DNA of 56,931 nucleotides, filler included, from Sphacelaria rigidula (Eukaryota), in NCBI GenBank assembly GCA_964200075.2. It is 7 parts of 7 records of this genome, joined end to end, with 100 filler letters (N's around TTAATTAATTAA, not from the genome) between each part and the next. Parts side by side here need not be neighbours in the genome. Positions count along the whole stretch, not along the records: positions 1 to 8,048 come from CAXNAA020012506.1; positions 8,149 to 16,196 come from CAXNAA020012507.1; 5 more parts are not named here. The stretch is one strand, 5' to 3'. Made by a program: the position numbers and the translations under genes. The notes under the pieces were generated by a model. It was not told where the DNA came from, did no database searches, and worked only from the letters and a program-made list of their open reading frames with translations. Numbering within the stretch: position 1 is the first letter of the stretch; each line of letters starts with the position of its first letter. Of this stretch, positions 1 to 11,427 are shown piece after piece.

Positions 1-54
1 GGTCAATGGTCAAACGACTAAGGCAAGCAACAAATGAGTACGCCCCCCCCCCCA
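1..54 (+). mobile_element. 3' end of poly(C)-tailed LINE (copy 1, cut by scaffold start)
   Basis: ggtcaatggtcaaacgactaaggcaagcaacaaaTGAgtacg followed by C12; same sequence as the 3' end of the LINE fragment at 46721-47290. Confidence 0.85.
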
Positions 55-646
55 AAAAAAAAAACTAGCGAAAAGTGTCACGAAAAAAATGGACATACAA
101 CGCCTGATGTTCGGGTTCAGGCTGCATGAAGCGCCTCATATTGGCGACATTGACCAGAACGAACCCAAACGTGGGAATTCCCAGCTTCTCGTTGTGTTCG
201 GCGTTTCCCTTTTCGATTTACGTGAAGATTTTGCTTCCCAAAACCATGCACTTTGGGGGGGGGGGGCTATCGTAGAAAGTGTCCAACATCTACACTACTG
301 CGGAGAGCATACCATCAGGTGGAAACTTGAAAAACGGAAGATAATCCTGGCATGATACGAACTCGGTGTATTTCACCGGTGTCTCAGGTGCGTCTCGTTG
401 TCCTTCATCAGAGAGGTCGTCTATCGCCCCGGCGTCCCCACAGCGTATGTCCATGCTCACAGACCTGCGGAGGAGCAGTACGATGATGAAGGCGGGGGCC
501 GTTGCGCAAACGTTTGCGGCTGTCGCCATCACCGTGCGGCGCCGAACCGTCGTTGCCGCTCAGCTACCTACAAACATGGAGCTTGGGCATGTCTTATATC
601 CGCCGTGACCCCCACATGAACGAGGCGCCAACCCACTTGTACATTC

Positions 647-785
647 CACACCCTGGACAAGAGCTTCTATTGTGAAAAAATGTACTGCGTACAGTATGGA
701 ATCTATTGTCTGTTGCGATAGGGCGCAATAGTCGATACTGTACGCAGTACACGTTTTGACTGTGTATTCTTTTGTCCAGGGTATG
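647..785. mobile_element. MITE, CACCCTGGACAA-TIR family
   Basis: TIR cacaccctggacaa / ttgtccagggtatg; internal inverted repeat gtactgcgtacagtat / atactgtacgcagtac; homologous copies at 53519 and 55797. Confidence 0.8.
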
Positions 786-1984
786 GTTCATTCGTGAATA
801 TTGAACGCAACATTCTGCTGTCATGAAACTGACGATAAATATATTACAGGGACGGAATCAACGATGAACATCGGCGTGCTCTGCGTGTGGGAGCACCCCC
901 CTGCTAACATCAAGCAGACAGACACTGCTATAAAATGCGGCGTTCTCGAAAACGAGGTTCGAGTCCAAAATAACGCTTTCTCCACATCTAGAGCGACGGT
1001 GCTCACCGATTTTTCTCTCTCCCTAATGCGGCTTCGATGTGGCGCTAATGCCCCTTGATCACTTCCGTCGTATTTCAATTCGTTCTACTCACTATGAGAG
1101 ATTATAACTGCGAGAAAAACCTTCATCGTTTTTCTCCCGAAGAGAGGGGTGATATTACGCTAAAATGCGCTCAAAAAGAGCATACTCGATTCATGGGCAT
1201 CATGCCGAGATAAGCAGCCATGGTCATACTCACTGTAGGCGTGGGGAAAGCACTGTTTTGGGTTTCAACACCATTCTTGCGAACAATCTCATTTCTCAAA
1301 TCGGCTGTTGTTAAGATGGCAGTCGGGACACCCTGAAATCACGACCCACCCCTCCAGGCTGTGTTAACGCCACGTGCCGCCGACACAAATACACACACTT
1401 CATACATCAGCTGCCTCGTCTGCTGCATGTGTGTTCGGACAGTCGAACATGACAGCAGGACTTCAACATGGTACACGCCTCCAGACTGTAAAGCACAGGC
1501 ACTCCTTTTGTGGTGTTCGTGCTTGTGTATGTGTTCGTTTCTCGTCATCTTGTTGCTATTGCTGTTGTTGTTGGTGTTGTTTTCGTTGGTATCGCTGCCC
1601 CCCTTTCTTTCCTCTCTGAGGCCGTTGCTTCTGTCTTTTTTCTGTTCCCTTCTTTCTTTTTTCCTTTTCATTATTCTGCTTTTTTTGTGCTGCTCCTGAC
1701 CACGGGCTAGATCGTTGCAATCAGCTAATGTGAGATGATCAGTCAACCAATCAACTGCAATCCACAGGGGCTGCAAGTTGTGCGAGACGTGTTGCAGCCC
1801 TGAGGCGACCATGTTGGAGTGCATGATCGGCCTCCGTTTCGGTAACCCACGTGCCATGAAGGTGTCCCTGTCCAGTGCACTCCTTTGCTTTGTAGAGAAC
1901 AGCACGGTACAGTACACTTCCGTGGATGCTGGCAGTACAGGACGGCATAGTAAATACAGCAAGTACAGCACAGTACTACAGTGC

Positions 1985-2100
1985 GTGTTGTGTGTTGTCG
2001 TCCCATCTATTCTGGGCGCTGGTCTACGGCTTTCGGTATATGTGGACGCACCATCCACGGTCACACAGGAAAAAGGCCAACACAGCAGCTTTTTTTTTTC
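1985..2100 (-). mobile_element. 3' fragment of tRNA-derived SINE
   Basis: gtcgtcccatctattctgggcgc...ggccaacacag aligns by eye to the 3' parts of the copies at 33397, 54220 and 16397. Confidence 0.7.
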
Positions 2101-3792
2101 TACAGAGTACCGTACATTAAAGTAGCACAGTAAAAACCGCACAGTAAGTACAGAAGTATACCGCAGTACATGGCAGTGTTTGAATAGGATTTTATGAAGA
2201 AACCGGCGCAACTGGCAATCTGCAGATCGTCCAAGTTTCCCACGACGGATGCCTACAGATTATCGCGTCATGCGTCTGACGCACCAAACCATTTCACGTG
2301 GTTCTTTTTGATACGGAACCTATACAGGATGGGCAACACTGTGTGCATGCTGCAGACTCAGTTCACCCAGCGTGGCGGCCACACATCGGTATGTCATCGT
2401 GCCCGCAGCGCACGAATGCACAGCAACGCTATTCATCATCACCCAACGTGGTAATTTTTCACCTACACGTAACCTTTCCAGCCAGAAATCAGCGCCGACA
2501 CTCCCGCCTTGAACACAGCATCCCAGTGGTGTCGCGTGTCGGACCGGCACTCCTTCGTGAGGGGCTCCCCGCTCATATGAACTCCGTCTACTTAGCGGCT
2601 TCCCCCACCCCAAATATTATACTATGATTCTTGTACGCGGGCATCTTAGCATCTTTGAATTTTTGTTTTGGCATAACACTGGACGGGGCAGACCGGAAAA
2701 AAAGAGATAGAATTACGGAAATGGGGGGGAAAAAAAGCCGAGAATAGAAATGTATATTGTAGATATTCCTTCCATCAGTACACCGATGCATCAGCACTAT
2801 ATTGGCCAGCAATATGTCGACACCAGGCCCCCATTCCGGGGACAATATTGGCGCCGAACTACCCCAAACGGCATTTGCTTGGGATTGATTTGTTTTTACT
2901 CTTCAAAGTAAATTGTCCGTCTGATGATCAGCCCTTGACCAGGCTCAGATTTTATTATTGGAACTTCTGAACGTCGTTCTTGCAGGCTAAACTACACCCA
3001 TCATCCCAGCCGTGTGCATGTTGCATTCGTCCTTTCATATCCAGCTATGTATTGTATTTCCTTCATCTTCGCTACACCCGTAGAACGATCGGCCTGTCGC
3101 ACAGGATTTTTTGTGGACATTTTTTTGTGATCTCCGGTTCAGTTTCTACAAGATTACGCGTAAAGACCGCAGGCGTACAACTCCGAAACACGGTCCAAAG
3201 TGTTTGTTGCTATTTCTTCTTCTCAGGTCCGTCCGTCCGTTCGTTCGTCTACGCGTACTGTCGTATTTGTTTTCATTTTAGTTGTTGCAAATTTTGTGTG
3301 AGTGAAAAGCGTTGCGTTTTTCGGCTCCATTTTCTCGATAACGTTACCGATACCGGTACCGGTACTGTTGCCCGAACCGTTGCCCGAACCGTTACCTTTA
3401 CCGTTTTATAACATCTATGCTTTGTAATCGTTTGGGTTTCCGCTGCCTCATCAACCGTTGGGCCGAAACAGAGTCGCCGCATCTTCCTTGCAGGTGGCGG
3501 TCGCATTCAAGAAAATACTACAGTACCAAAAATCTGACGCGTTGTCATATACTCTCTCATCCGCGGGGCTTAACCCTTTCGGAACCCACTGACGATTTTG
3601 TGTTTTTGTGAATCGGCGTCGTTTTGACTTGAAACGGACTGAAGATGATGCCGCTTCACGAACATAGAAATCGTCGACGGGTTCAAAAAGTAAGTGGATT
3701 GATTCGCTGGAAAAGAAACGTCGAACGAAAAAAAAAAGGCAGAATTTGAACATTTTTTTTTCTTATTTTTGTTTTTACTCTTGTCGTTTCAG

Positions 3793-3941
3793 GTGTACAT
3801 CGACGCAATCCGCACTTTACACCTGTCCACCTGCGACGACTTGGAGCTAGGGGATCACACAAAAGTGGAGATCGAGAACTTATTGGACGACTTGCGGAGC
3901 ATGCTCGAGGGAGTAGGAATGCTGAGGGAGCTAACCCCCAG
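3793..3941 (+). CDS. Aspartate kinase, internal exon
   Basis: tttcag|...|gtaagg; encodes VYIDAIRTLHLSTCDDLELGDHTKVEIENLLDDLRSMLEGVGMLRELTP(R), resembling the aspartokinase segment (LHL..V.ELG...L..LL.GI.M..ELT.R) just before DYLVSFGE. Confidence 0.8.
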
Positions 3942-4037
3942 GTAAGGCACACCTAATTACCGTCTTGTTTTGATTCGATCGATTGACTGATTGATCGATT
4001 GATTGTCGCGCTTTAACTGACCCCCCAGGGATCCAGC

Positions 4038-4114
4038 ATACTCCGTCTCGAAAGGGATGCGTGGTCAATGGTCAAACGACCAAGGCAAGCAACAAATGAG
4101 TACGCCCCCCCCCC
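4038..4114 (+). mobile_element. 5'-truncated poly(C)-tailed LINE insertion (copy 2) with 17-bp TSD
   Basis: Flanked by ccccccagggatccagc (4021-4037) and ccccccagggattcagc (4109-4125). Confidence 0.88.
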
Positions 4115-4786
4115 AGGGATTCAGCCGTGGACACATTGTAGGCGTACCCGAGACAAAACAAAAATGAAACACTCGCTGAAGAATATATCATGCTGTGTTA
4201 TATTCTTGAAATACATGATGATATTGATTTGGTTGATCTGACTGGTTAGTGGTGTTCATTTGATATTAACTGACCTAATTGAATTTATGGATTCAGTTAT
4301 TTTGATTGATTCTATTGATCCTATTGATTCTATTGGTCAACGTACGCTAAGTGATTCGCCACAAAATCCAGCCATGCGTGGTGACAACATAGACGTACGT
4401 ACCCCAGGTGAATGAAGCGGAGACCGTCGCTGCAGGTAAGCTCGAGGAAAGAGAGAAAACGAAGATAGAGAGAGTAGTTGATTGATCGATTGACCGTTTT
4501 TCACACCACTTTAGCTAATCTCCGAGGAACCCAGTCACGGTCATTATCCACAAGATGGATGCACCTAAGATTGCTGTGAATAAAACGGAAACGCTCAATA
4601 AAGCAAAAGATGTGGAAAAAAAATAAAGAACACGAAACAGAACGAACCGCGGGAATAATGAAAAAAAATATGTTCCCCGACAAAAAAAACTATATATATA
4701 TACAAGGTTTCCCTGTGGGAGGTTGATACTGGCCTCCCGGGGGTGACGCAAGTCGAAAATATACCAGTGTTATTCCTTTTTCATAT

Positions 4787-5889
4787 TAGAGGGTGTCGGA
4801 AACGTTTTTTCAAATCTCAGAGTCAGAGTGTAAAAAATAAAAGCCGGTAATGGTGCACTTTCCGCTGTGAAGTTTTTTTCAGAGCGATTTTTTCAGAGTC
4901 AGAGAGCCGTTTGCACCACTTCACTCTGAAAACCGTTGTTACTCTTCTGAGCTCATGGCGGAATGAAGAAGAACCACGCCCGCCGTCCCCGCCATGGTCA
5001 CGTCCAATCCAAAGTCAACACACCCTAACAAGCAAAGTGGGACATTCATCATCCATCAAAACTGCCATACTCATCAAAATGGGCCATTCACGAAGTAGAA
5101 AAACGTGGGATCACAATCAGAAGACCTCACTGACGCCGCCATGGTATCAGCATTCGCTTGGATGTGTTGCGTGAATATTCAGATCCTCGACGGGCACACG
5201 TTGACTTGGGTGCAGATTCTCACTCTTGCCAGCCTCAGCTGGAAGAAGACGGTGTGAACGATTCGTAGTCTACAATGCACGAGCAGTACTACACCTGGCT
5301 ACATTATCATTTCGTCAGAGGTCATGACTTCTTGCACCACACTTACGGGCGGCATGTTGAGAAATCATCACGATGCGGACTTGCCTGTTGTTTGAAAGTG
5401 CTGCCTACTACTGTACTGTTGTGCTGCTGTATTACTGTACAACTGACTGTCTGTACGGCATCGCTGTAGTTCACCATACCGCGATGTAGTAATGTAGTTC
5501 CTGCATTACACGCTCTATACTGCACTGGCTGTACTCTACACTGCACAGCTCTACAGCACTACAGTGCCCTGTGGTGCACCGTGGTGAATTGAAGTACTAC
5601 AGGTGCAATGAAGCGTGGTGTACGGCACGTACGGTGCCGCAGGGTATGGTATAGCACATGCTGTCTTGACTGGTGCATTTTCGGACTGCACCTGACTGCA
5701 CTCTGGGCGATTGCACATTTATTTGGCGGCACAACCTGCGGCCAATCACTGCGGGAAAAAAAAAGTCCACATCAAGCCACGTCACATCAGCTTCCGCTAT
5801 GAACTTTTTAGCGTCCACTCTGAAGTTTCAACGCTTCCACTCTGCACTCTGACTCTATGATCAGAAACAAAATCTTCCGAAACTCTCTA
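4787..5889. mobile_element. Non-autonomous TIR element, about 1.1 kb
   Basis: Left end tattagagggtgtcggaa...tcagagtcagagtg; reverse complement of right end tattagagagtttcggaa...atagagtcagagtg; repeated cagag/ctctg subterminal motifs. Confidence 0.7.
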
Positions 5890-6432
5890 ATATGGAGGCA
5901 ATTGTGTGGGAGAATATGTACCTTCCAGCAGATACTCGTACTGTCACATTTCGCAGTTTCGAATGTCTCAGACCAAGAGTGGCGGGAAGAGCGGTGGACA
6001 CTTTCAGCATGAAGAGCTCGCTTCACGGGCGGTGTGCGGAGGTGGAAAAAACACCATCACGCACGAAACCCATCACACCACACATGGCAAGTGATTGCTA
6101 CTGAAATAAGCTCGCGTCCCGGTAGTACACGGCGAACTTGTGCAGGGTTCTCTAAATGCCGACTCCGCGCCCACGGATTTGAAGTCACACTTGTATACAG
6201 TATGTATATGGTATTGCTTGCTGTCTGTGTCTACGTGGTGTACCACCCCTCGCTCCGCCACATCTAGTACAGCGGTCGGTGTTGCAGCTAAGTGTGCATT
6301 TGCCCTAGGTGGCGCACGCAAGAGTAATAGGCCGCTTCTGCCGCTATAATTCCTGCCTGTATCTGAGCGGATAGTAACACAGCCGCTATGGCGCGCAAGC
6401 CGGCTGTAACAAATCATACCGCGTGGAGATTT

Positions 6433-6579
6433 CTACACTGTCTTGAAGTCATACTGCGTGCAGCTTCCACTTTTTGTACGAGTATTGTGCACGTTGCAGA
6501 AGGCAACAGCTTCTATACTGTGCACCGTACATGCTTTAAAATTGTATACTGACTGTGGAAAGCTCTTGTCCAGGGTGTA
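6433..6579. mobile_element. Degenerate CACCCTGGACAA-family MITE
   Basis: Right TIR agctcttgtccagggtgta; remnants of the internal tactgcgt/tactgtgc inverted repeat. Confidence 0.5.
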
Positions 6580-8048
6580 ACACATTTTCATACATACCAG
6601 GCGGTGAGATCGTGAAATAATCAAATAATCCACAGCACATGGCCGAAGTGGAAGTGAGGCAATCACCGAAATATTCGCGTGCAAAGCCTGTGCGACCGTA
6701 CTCCAAGTTGTTAACGCTAGAAGAACCTCAGTGCAACGACCATTCCGGTTGCCGGCCAGTGCACGGCCGTCCCGGTAGTGTTGGGACTGTCTGTACCGGG
6801 ATGTCGCCCCCAGTGCCAGGTACGCCGGCAAGGGCCCGGAGCACTACCCACTGGTCGCGCGACAGAAGCTCAATCGTCGACTGTCGAGATTTTTGAAGCG
6901 GAAACGTTCAGCTCCCAACCCTCACATATAAAGCGGACCATAAACGATGCTTATTTGCTGGGTTTCTTCGAGCGTTCGTCCATAACTGGGCGAAGATTGA
7001 TAATGAGGCCGGCAGGATCCGTCGCAGCCTGCGTGATCAACTATTACTGTACCCACTCTTATCTAGCCGTCATCAGACAGCAGGGTGTTGAAAAAACAAA
7101 ATGCCACTCACCGTGGGTATCCACCGCATCAATGCACACCGGGCCATCAGCGACCTTCCCTGCTGCAGCTGTGACTGTGACCCCTTCCTCCAATACCAAT
7201 CTACACATTCTTCAGTGTTTTTCACGATGCTTTTTTTGTGGATTGCTCCGTTCGCATAATTGGGGCACATATTACGCAGATATGACCGTGTTAGAGGCTT
7301 CACGTCAAAACTAAATGATGGGGGATCTCAGATCATTCGACTTGTGTTTGCTGCTGACTGAGTCAAGGCAATCACTAGCTGTTTCCAACTGCTTTGCTCT
7401 CATATTCTCGTGACATTCTCTGCATAACCACTGTCTTCGTGTTCCCAAATCATCGAGAACGCAAAGAAAATCACGGTGAAAAAATACCCCGCCATGAGCG
7501 AGGTTTTGTGGCTCTTGTTTGAAGTATTCGACGATCTTGGAAAGGCTTTTGTGGTTCGGGATCGATACCCCGCGAAAAAGAGCTAGTGTGGGCGACTTCC
7601 GATGGCAAGACCACGCGCCACAGGTATCAGATGACACCCAAACCTGAACTGTATATGTACCGCTGACCCTCCTTCATGCACTGCAAAAGAAAGCGCGGGC
7701 TGAGATACCTTGCAGCCAGAGGACACTCGGCAAAAGTGGTGAAAAATGCGAAATGATACATGTACATATAGATATGTAGAGGCGGAGAGAACAGACGGAA
7801 TGCGCACGTACATACTTTTTGCTAACCTTCTCAGGTACGCTGTACCCCGTTTTGCGGATTTTCAGTCCAGTAGTTCCCCCTGCGTTCAGGTAAAAGTCTT
7901 CGACGTAGATGCTCTTTGTGTGGCTGACGACAGCGTATCGTAGATGACGGGGTTCGCCCCCCCCCCCCCCCCCCCCTCCCGCGCCCCCGCTGCGACGACG
8001 ACACTCACCCCCTTCGCCCAGTGGGACGACTACCCCCCTTTTTTCCCC

Positions 8049-8148
8049 NNNNNNNNNNNNNNNNNNNNNNNNNNNNNNNNNNNNNNNNNNNNTTAATTAA
8101 TTAANNNNNNNNNNNNNNNNNNNNNNNNNNNNNNNNNNNNNNNNNNNN
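8049..8148. other. Artificial scaffold spacer
   Basis: N44-ttaattaattaa-N44, stop codons in all six frames. Confidence 0.98.
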
Positions 8149-8554
8149 TGGATGCCGTGGACGTATCAGGTACGAGCAAATTCGATTCCACCGTACATTT
8201 TCGAGTCGAAAACAGTTTGATGAGACACGGCCTCAAAGTGTCGGAACCTGAAACTTCAATCCTTTCAACTGCGAGGGCACGATATCTTCGTAATCGGCAT
8301 CACTTACACTTGAAAAATAAGGTCAAGTGATGCCGATTCAAGATATAGCCTACCCCCGCGGTGTAATGGTACCGAACGCCTTGTGCGAAGTTTTCCCGTG
8401 CCTCGGGGGTATACACTGATTGTCGTGTCGTCGACCAGAAAAGTTGCTTCGTTTTTTAGTAGAGTTGAGGATTTGTACATGAACAATGGTTGGTACTCGA
8501 TTTTACTTGATTTTAGAATGAACAAAGTTCTGAAAAAATTCATGGTCTGGGGCG

Positions 8555-8800
8555 GGTGAGCAGTGGACGCAGCTCGTCCAAAATCGGCTGAAAGGCGTCG
8601 ATTTGAGCTCTGGCAACGCACACTTTGTCTAGAGCACACTCTGCACCCCCTTGCCCGAGGGTTCTCGGGATGCCTTGGACGGGGTTAGGGTTGGGGTTGT
8701 CGTCAGGGTTGGCGGCATCTCCATAGTACCAACCATTGTTGACGTACAAATCCTCAGGTCGCCTCTTTTTTTTCGGGATCGAGCGTCGAGCGTACCGGCA
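8555..8800. repeat. Dispersed repeat with hairpin and telomere-like core
   Basis: Shares ggtgagcartggac.cagctcgtccaaaa, ttgcccgaggg...gccttgg, ggggttagggttggggtt and aggtcgcctc with 21549-21808. Confidence 0.65.
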
Positions 8801-9026
8801 ACCTGTTCTTCCACTTTGAAAATATTTCAACATTTTGATATTCCAAACATACATTGGTCTCGCAACCATTTCTTTGCCCATCGCCTCATTGCCTCTCACA
8901 CCGTGTGTTTCAACCCCCCCCCCCTTTCGCCCTTGTTGATTGATAGCGAGCCTGGTGCGGCGAAAACCCGGCGTTTCCCATCCCGGAATTGTGTGGATGC
9001 GAAGTCAATAGCCATCTGACTACGGC

Positions 9027-9210
9027 ATGCAGGATCATGAATACACCCCCTCCCCCCCTCCCCCCCCGCGCCCTCTGAAAACAATTGGAAAGCAGCTACC
9101 GACGGATATCAGCAACGGCGATGACACAGTCAACAACGCGAACGCGGGGCTTTCCTTCAAGCGATCAGCCCACGATATGCAGCGAGCCCCCAACCCCAAC
9201 TCTCACTATC

Positions 9211-9247
<37 letters not shown>

Positions 9248-9541
9248 GTACCCAACCCCACGACGCGATCCTCGCGGCAAGATCCACCCCAAGCACTCAA
9301 CCAACGACCCAGCCCCTATGGTGGGATCGCCTCCGGACCGCAGCTTGAGCGTGTTGGATAAGTGGCGGCTTCCCAAGGAGGGGAGGGACCCCAGCGCGAG
9401 GCCAGGTGTGACGGCCACCCGGAGGCAGGCAGCGGCCGCATGTGTTCGGGTGGGGTCGCGAGTGTCGTTCAACACAGTTGTGGCGGCCATCTTGATCCCG
9501 TCGGCAAAGGATCTGCACGCGGCTGCGCGGGAGGAGCTATG
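9027..9541 (+). CDS. RVxF-motif protein, exon 1 (polyQ, Pro-rich)
   Basis: ATG start, CAG-encoded polyQ, ends RVSFNTVVAAILIPSAKDLHAAAREEL(W) at tg|gtgagt; phase 2 matches the acceptor before 10005. Confidence 0.75.
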
Positions 9542-10004
9542 GTGAGTTCAATTTTGTTTTTCCCTTGCGTGTGGAATGAGGCGGGTCTGCCCTACGGTGT
9601 TTTCAAGGCATGAATTGTACATCGCTTTGCACTTGCCCTTGTTCATGGAGAAGGAGCAGGCGTTGTCGTGTGTTTCGACGATGATGCGGAAACAACCCGG
9701 GTGCCGAAGGTGAATTTCCGCGGAGGATCATGCACTCACCATAAATGATGGAGCTGTTGAGCATGGCAATGCGTGTGTCTGTGCACACCAGGCGCATGTA
9801 CTGTATGTACACACACACGTGTACCTCAGCAGGGCGCCGACGATGAACCATTCACACGGGTGCAGCGATTGCACGGCGAAAGTACGATATTAGTCCTTGA
9901 GGCAAAACTCCAAATTCCATTTTGAGCCTCAAAACTTCCAAGTTCTCCTCTGCTCCAAACTGACAACGAGAAAAAAAATCACTTCAACTCCATACCTTGT
10001 ACAG

Positions 10005-11028
10005 GTGGCAAGAAACCGACTACCGCGACTTCCGCATCAATTTTATTCAGTTCATGCGTACGCCTTCGTGCGTCGACGACCTCGAGATGGTTCCCGTCGA
10101 CATCGTGGCCGAATCGGGCCCACCGTCACCCCCTCCGGGACATGGTACACTCGATGGAACATGCGCCGGTGTCTCCGGCGGCGCCGCCGCGGCCGCCGCC
10201 GTTCTCAAGCCGGTTGTCGTGGGTGCGGTCATGCTGGATGTCCCTGCCGCCGCCCTCACCGCCGCCGCCGCAGCAGTAACATCCACGCCTCTCGCCGACC
10301 CAGGAGTCAAGGAGGACGACAAGGACCTCTGCGTTCGAGCGTGGGCTGTCGAGCCAGGCGAAGCGGGTGCCGGCACCGCTTCCCCTGAAGGCGCCGGTTT
10401 TGCCAATGACAGCGAACGCGGACTTATATCCGCCGCGGCAATGATGACCAAGTCTGACGCGGCCGCCGCGACCGTGATCTCATCATCATCCGCCGACATC
10501 GGCGTTGGCATCTCAGCGGCAGGCAAAGGGGTCGTCAACATCGACCAGGAAAGGGTTGGTGATGATACTGCGGGTAGCAGTGTTGATGGTGACGACGGGA
10601 GCGACACCGAGGGCTGCACTACTGCCACCACTGCTACTACGGATGCCGAGGATGATGAGGATAAAAGTGGGGGTGTTGACGATGGCGACGGCACTGTTTC
10701 CGCAATCTCCCGTACCGAGGCGTGTCTGAGTTGGGACTCCTCCACAACGGAAGAGGAGGATATCGACGGGAATCTCATCCGCTCGCGACGCTCCATGTCC
10801 AATCTGGAGACGGCTAGAAGGCTCGGCGCGGGGCTGGACAGTGAAATTTTGAGCGATGACAGTGGCAGCGACGATATGAGGGAGGAGCAGCGCTCTTCGG
10901 GTGGCGAGGGTCGACCGCGAGCTCTGTCCTTGGACGGCTGGTTTACGTGTGGGCTCGAGCAGGGCCAGCCTTTGAAGTCGTACGATACGCATGACCACGC
11001 CGGCCGTCTTCGCGATCTCGTCCAGTTG
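10005..11028 (+). CDS. RVxF-motif protein, exon 2
   Basis: gtacag|gtggcaa completes LWWQETDYRDFRINF; long acidic, Ala-rich open frame with GC-rich codons; donor ttg|gtgagg. Confidence 0.75.
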
Positions 11029-11427
11029 GTGAGGGTTTCATGTGTTTCTCTCATGTGTTTGTGTGTATTCGAAAGGAGCGTGTCTTCGTGTTACGCATGG
11101 TGCATCGTAGTGTCTGTCCTTGGACTGTTTGTCTGCGGGCATTGTGTGTCGTATCGCCGTGCGTGCTGCCTTGAATGTTCCGCTGTTCATGCCGTGTCCG
11201 GTCGACTTTGGTGGGTGGCGAGGTTTCGGTTGGATATATTCCCTGCTGTTCCGATAGTGTCTTTTGTCGTCCTCTGAATAAACCCCCAAAACTCTCATGT
11301 CCGTTGCCGTGCTTTTGGCGTGGTTCTTCTTGTCTCGTCTTCGCCACATCCCTCTTCTCTCGTCTCGTGTCCTCTCTCATGTCTCGACCCATTGGGAAAC
11401 TGCTACGTTCCGCGAAATCGCACACAG

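Noticed and set aside
388-956. Exon-like GC-rich segments at 388-619 and 850-956
   Set aside because: Splice sites are plausible, but there is no recognisable product and no consistent gene model, so they are not called.
1339-2211. 290-aa minus-strand ORF
   Set aside because: Runs through a SINE fragment and low-complexity tracts; no protein-like signal.
8093-8104. TTAATTAATTAA motif recurring every 8.1 kb
   Set aside because: Embedded in N runs of fixed length; an assembly linker.
8680-8712. True telomere or telomere fusion
   Set aside because: Only 2-4 imperfect units, embedded in a dispersed repeat.
10047-11054. 335-aa minus-strand ORF
   Set aside because: Antisense shadow of the GC-rich plus-strand exon, which has the splice and motif support.
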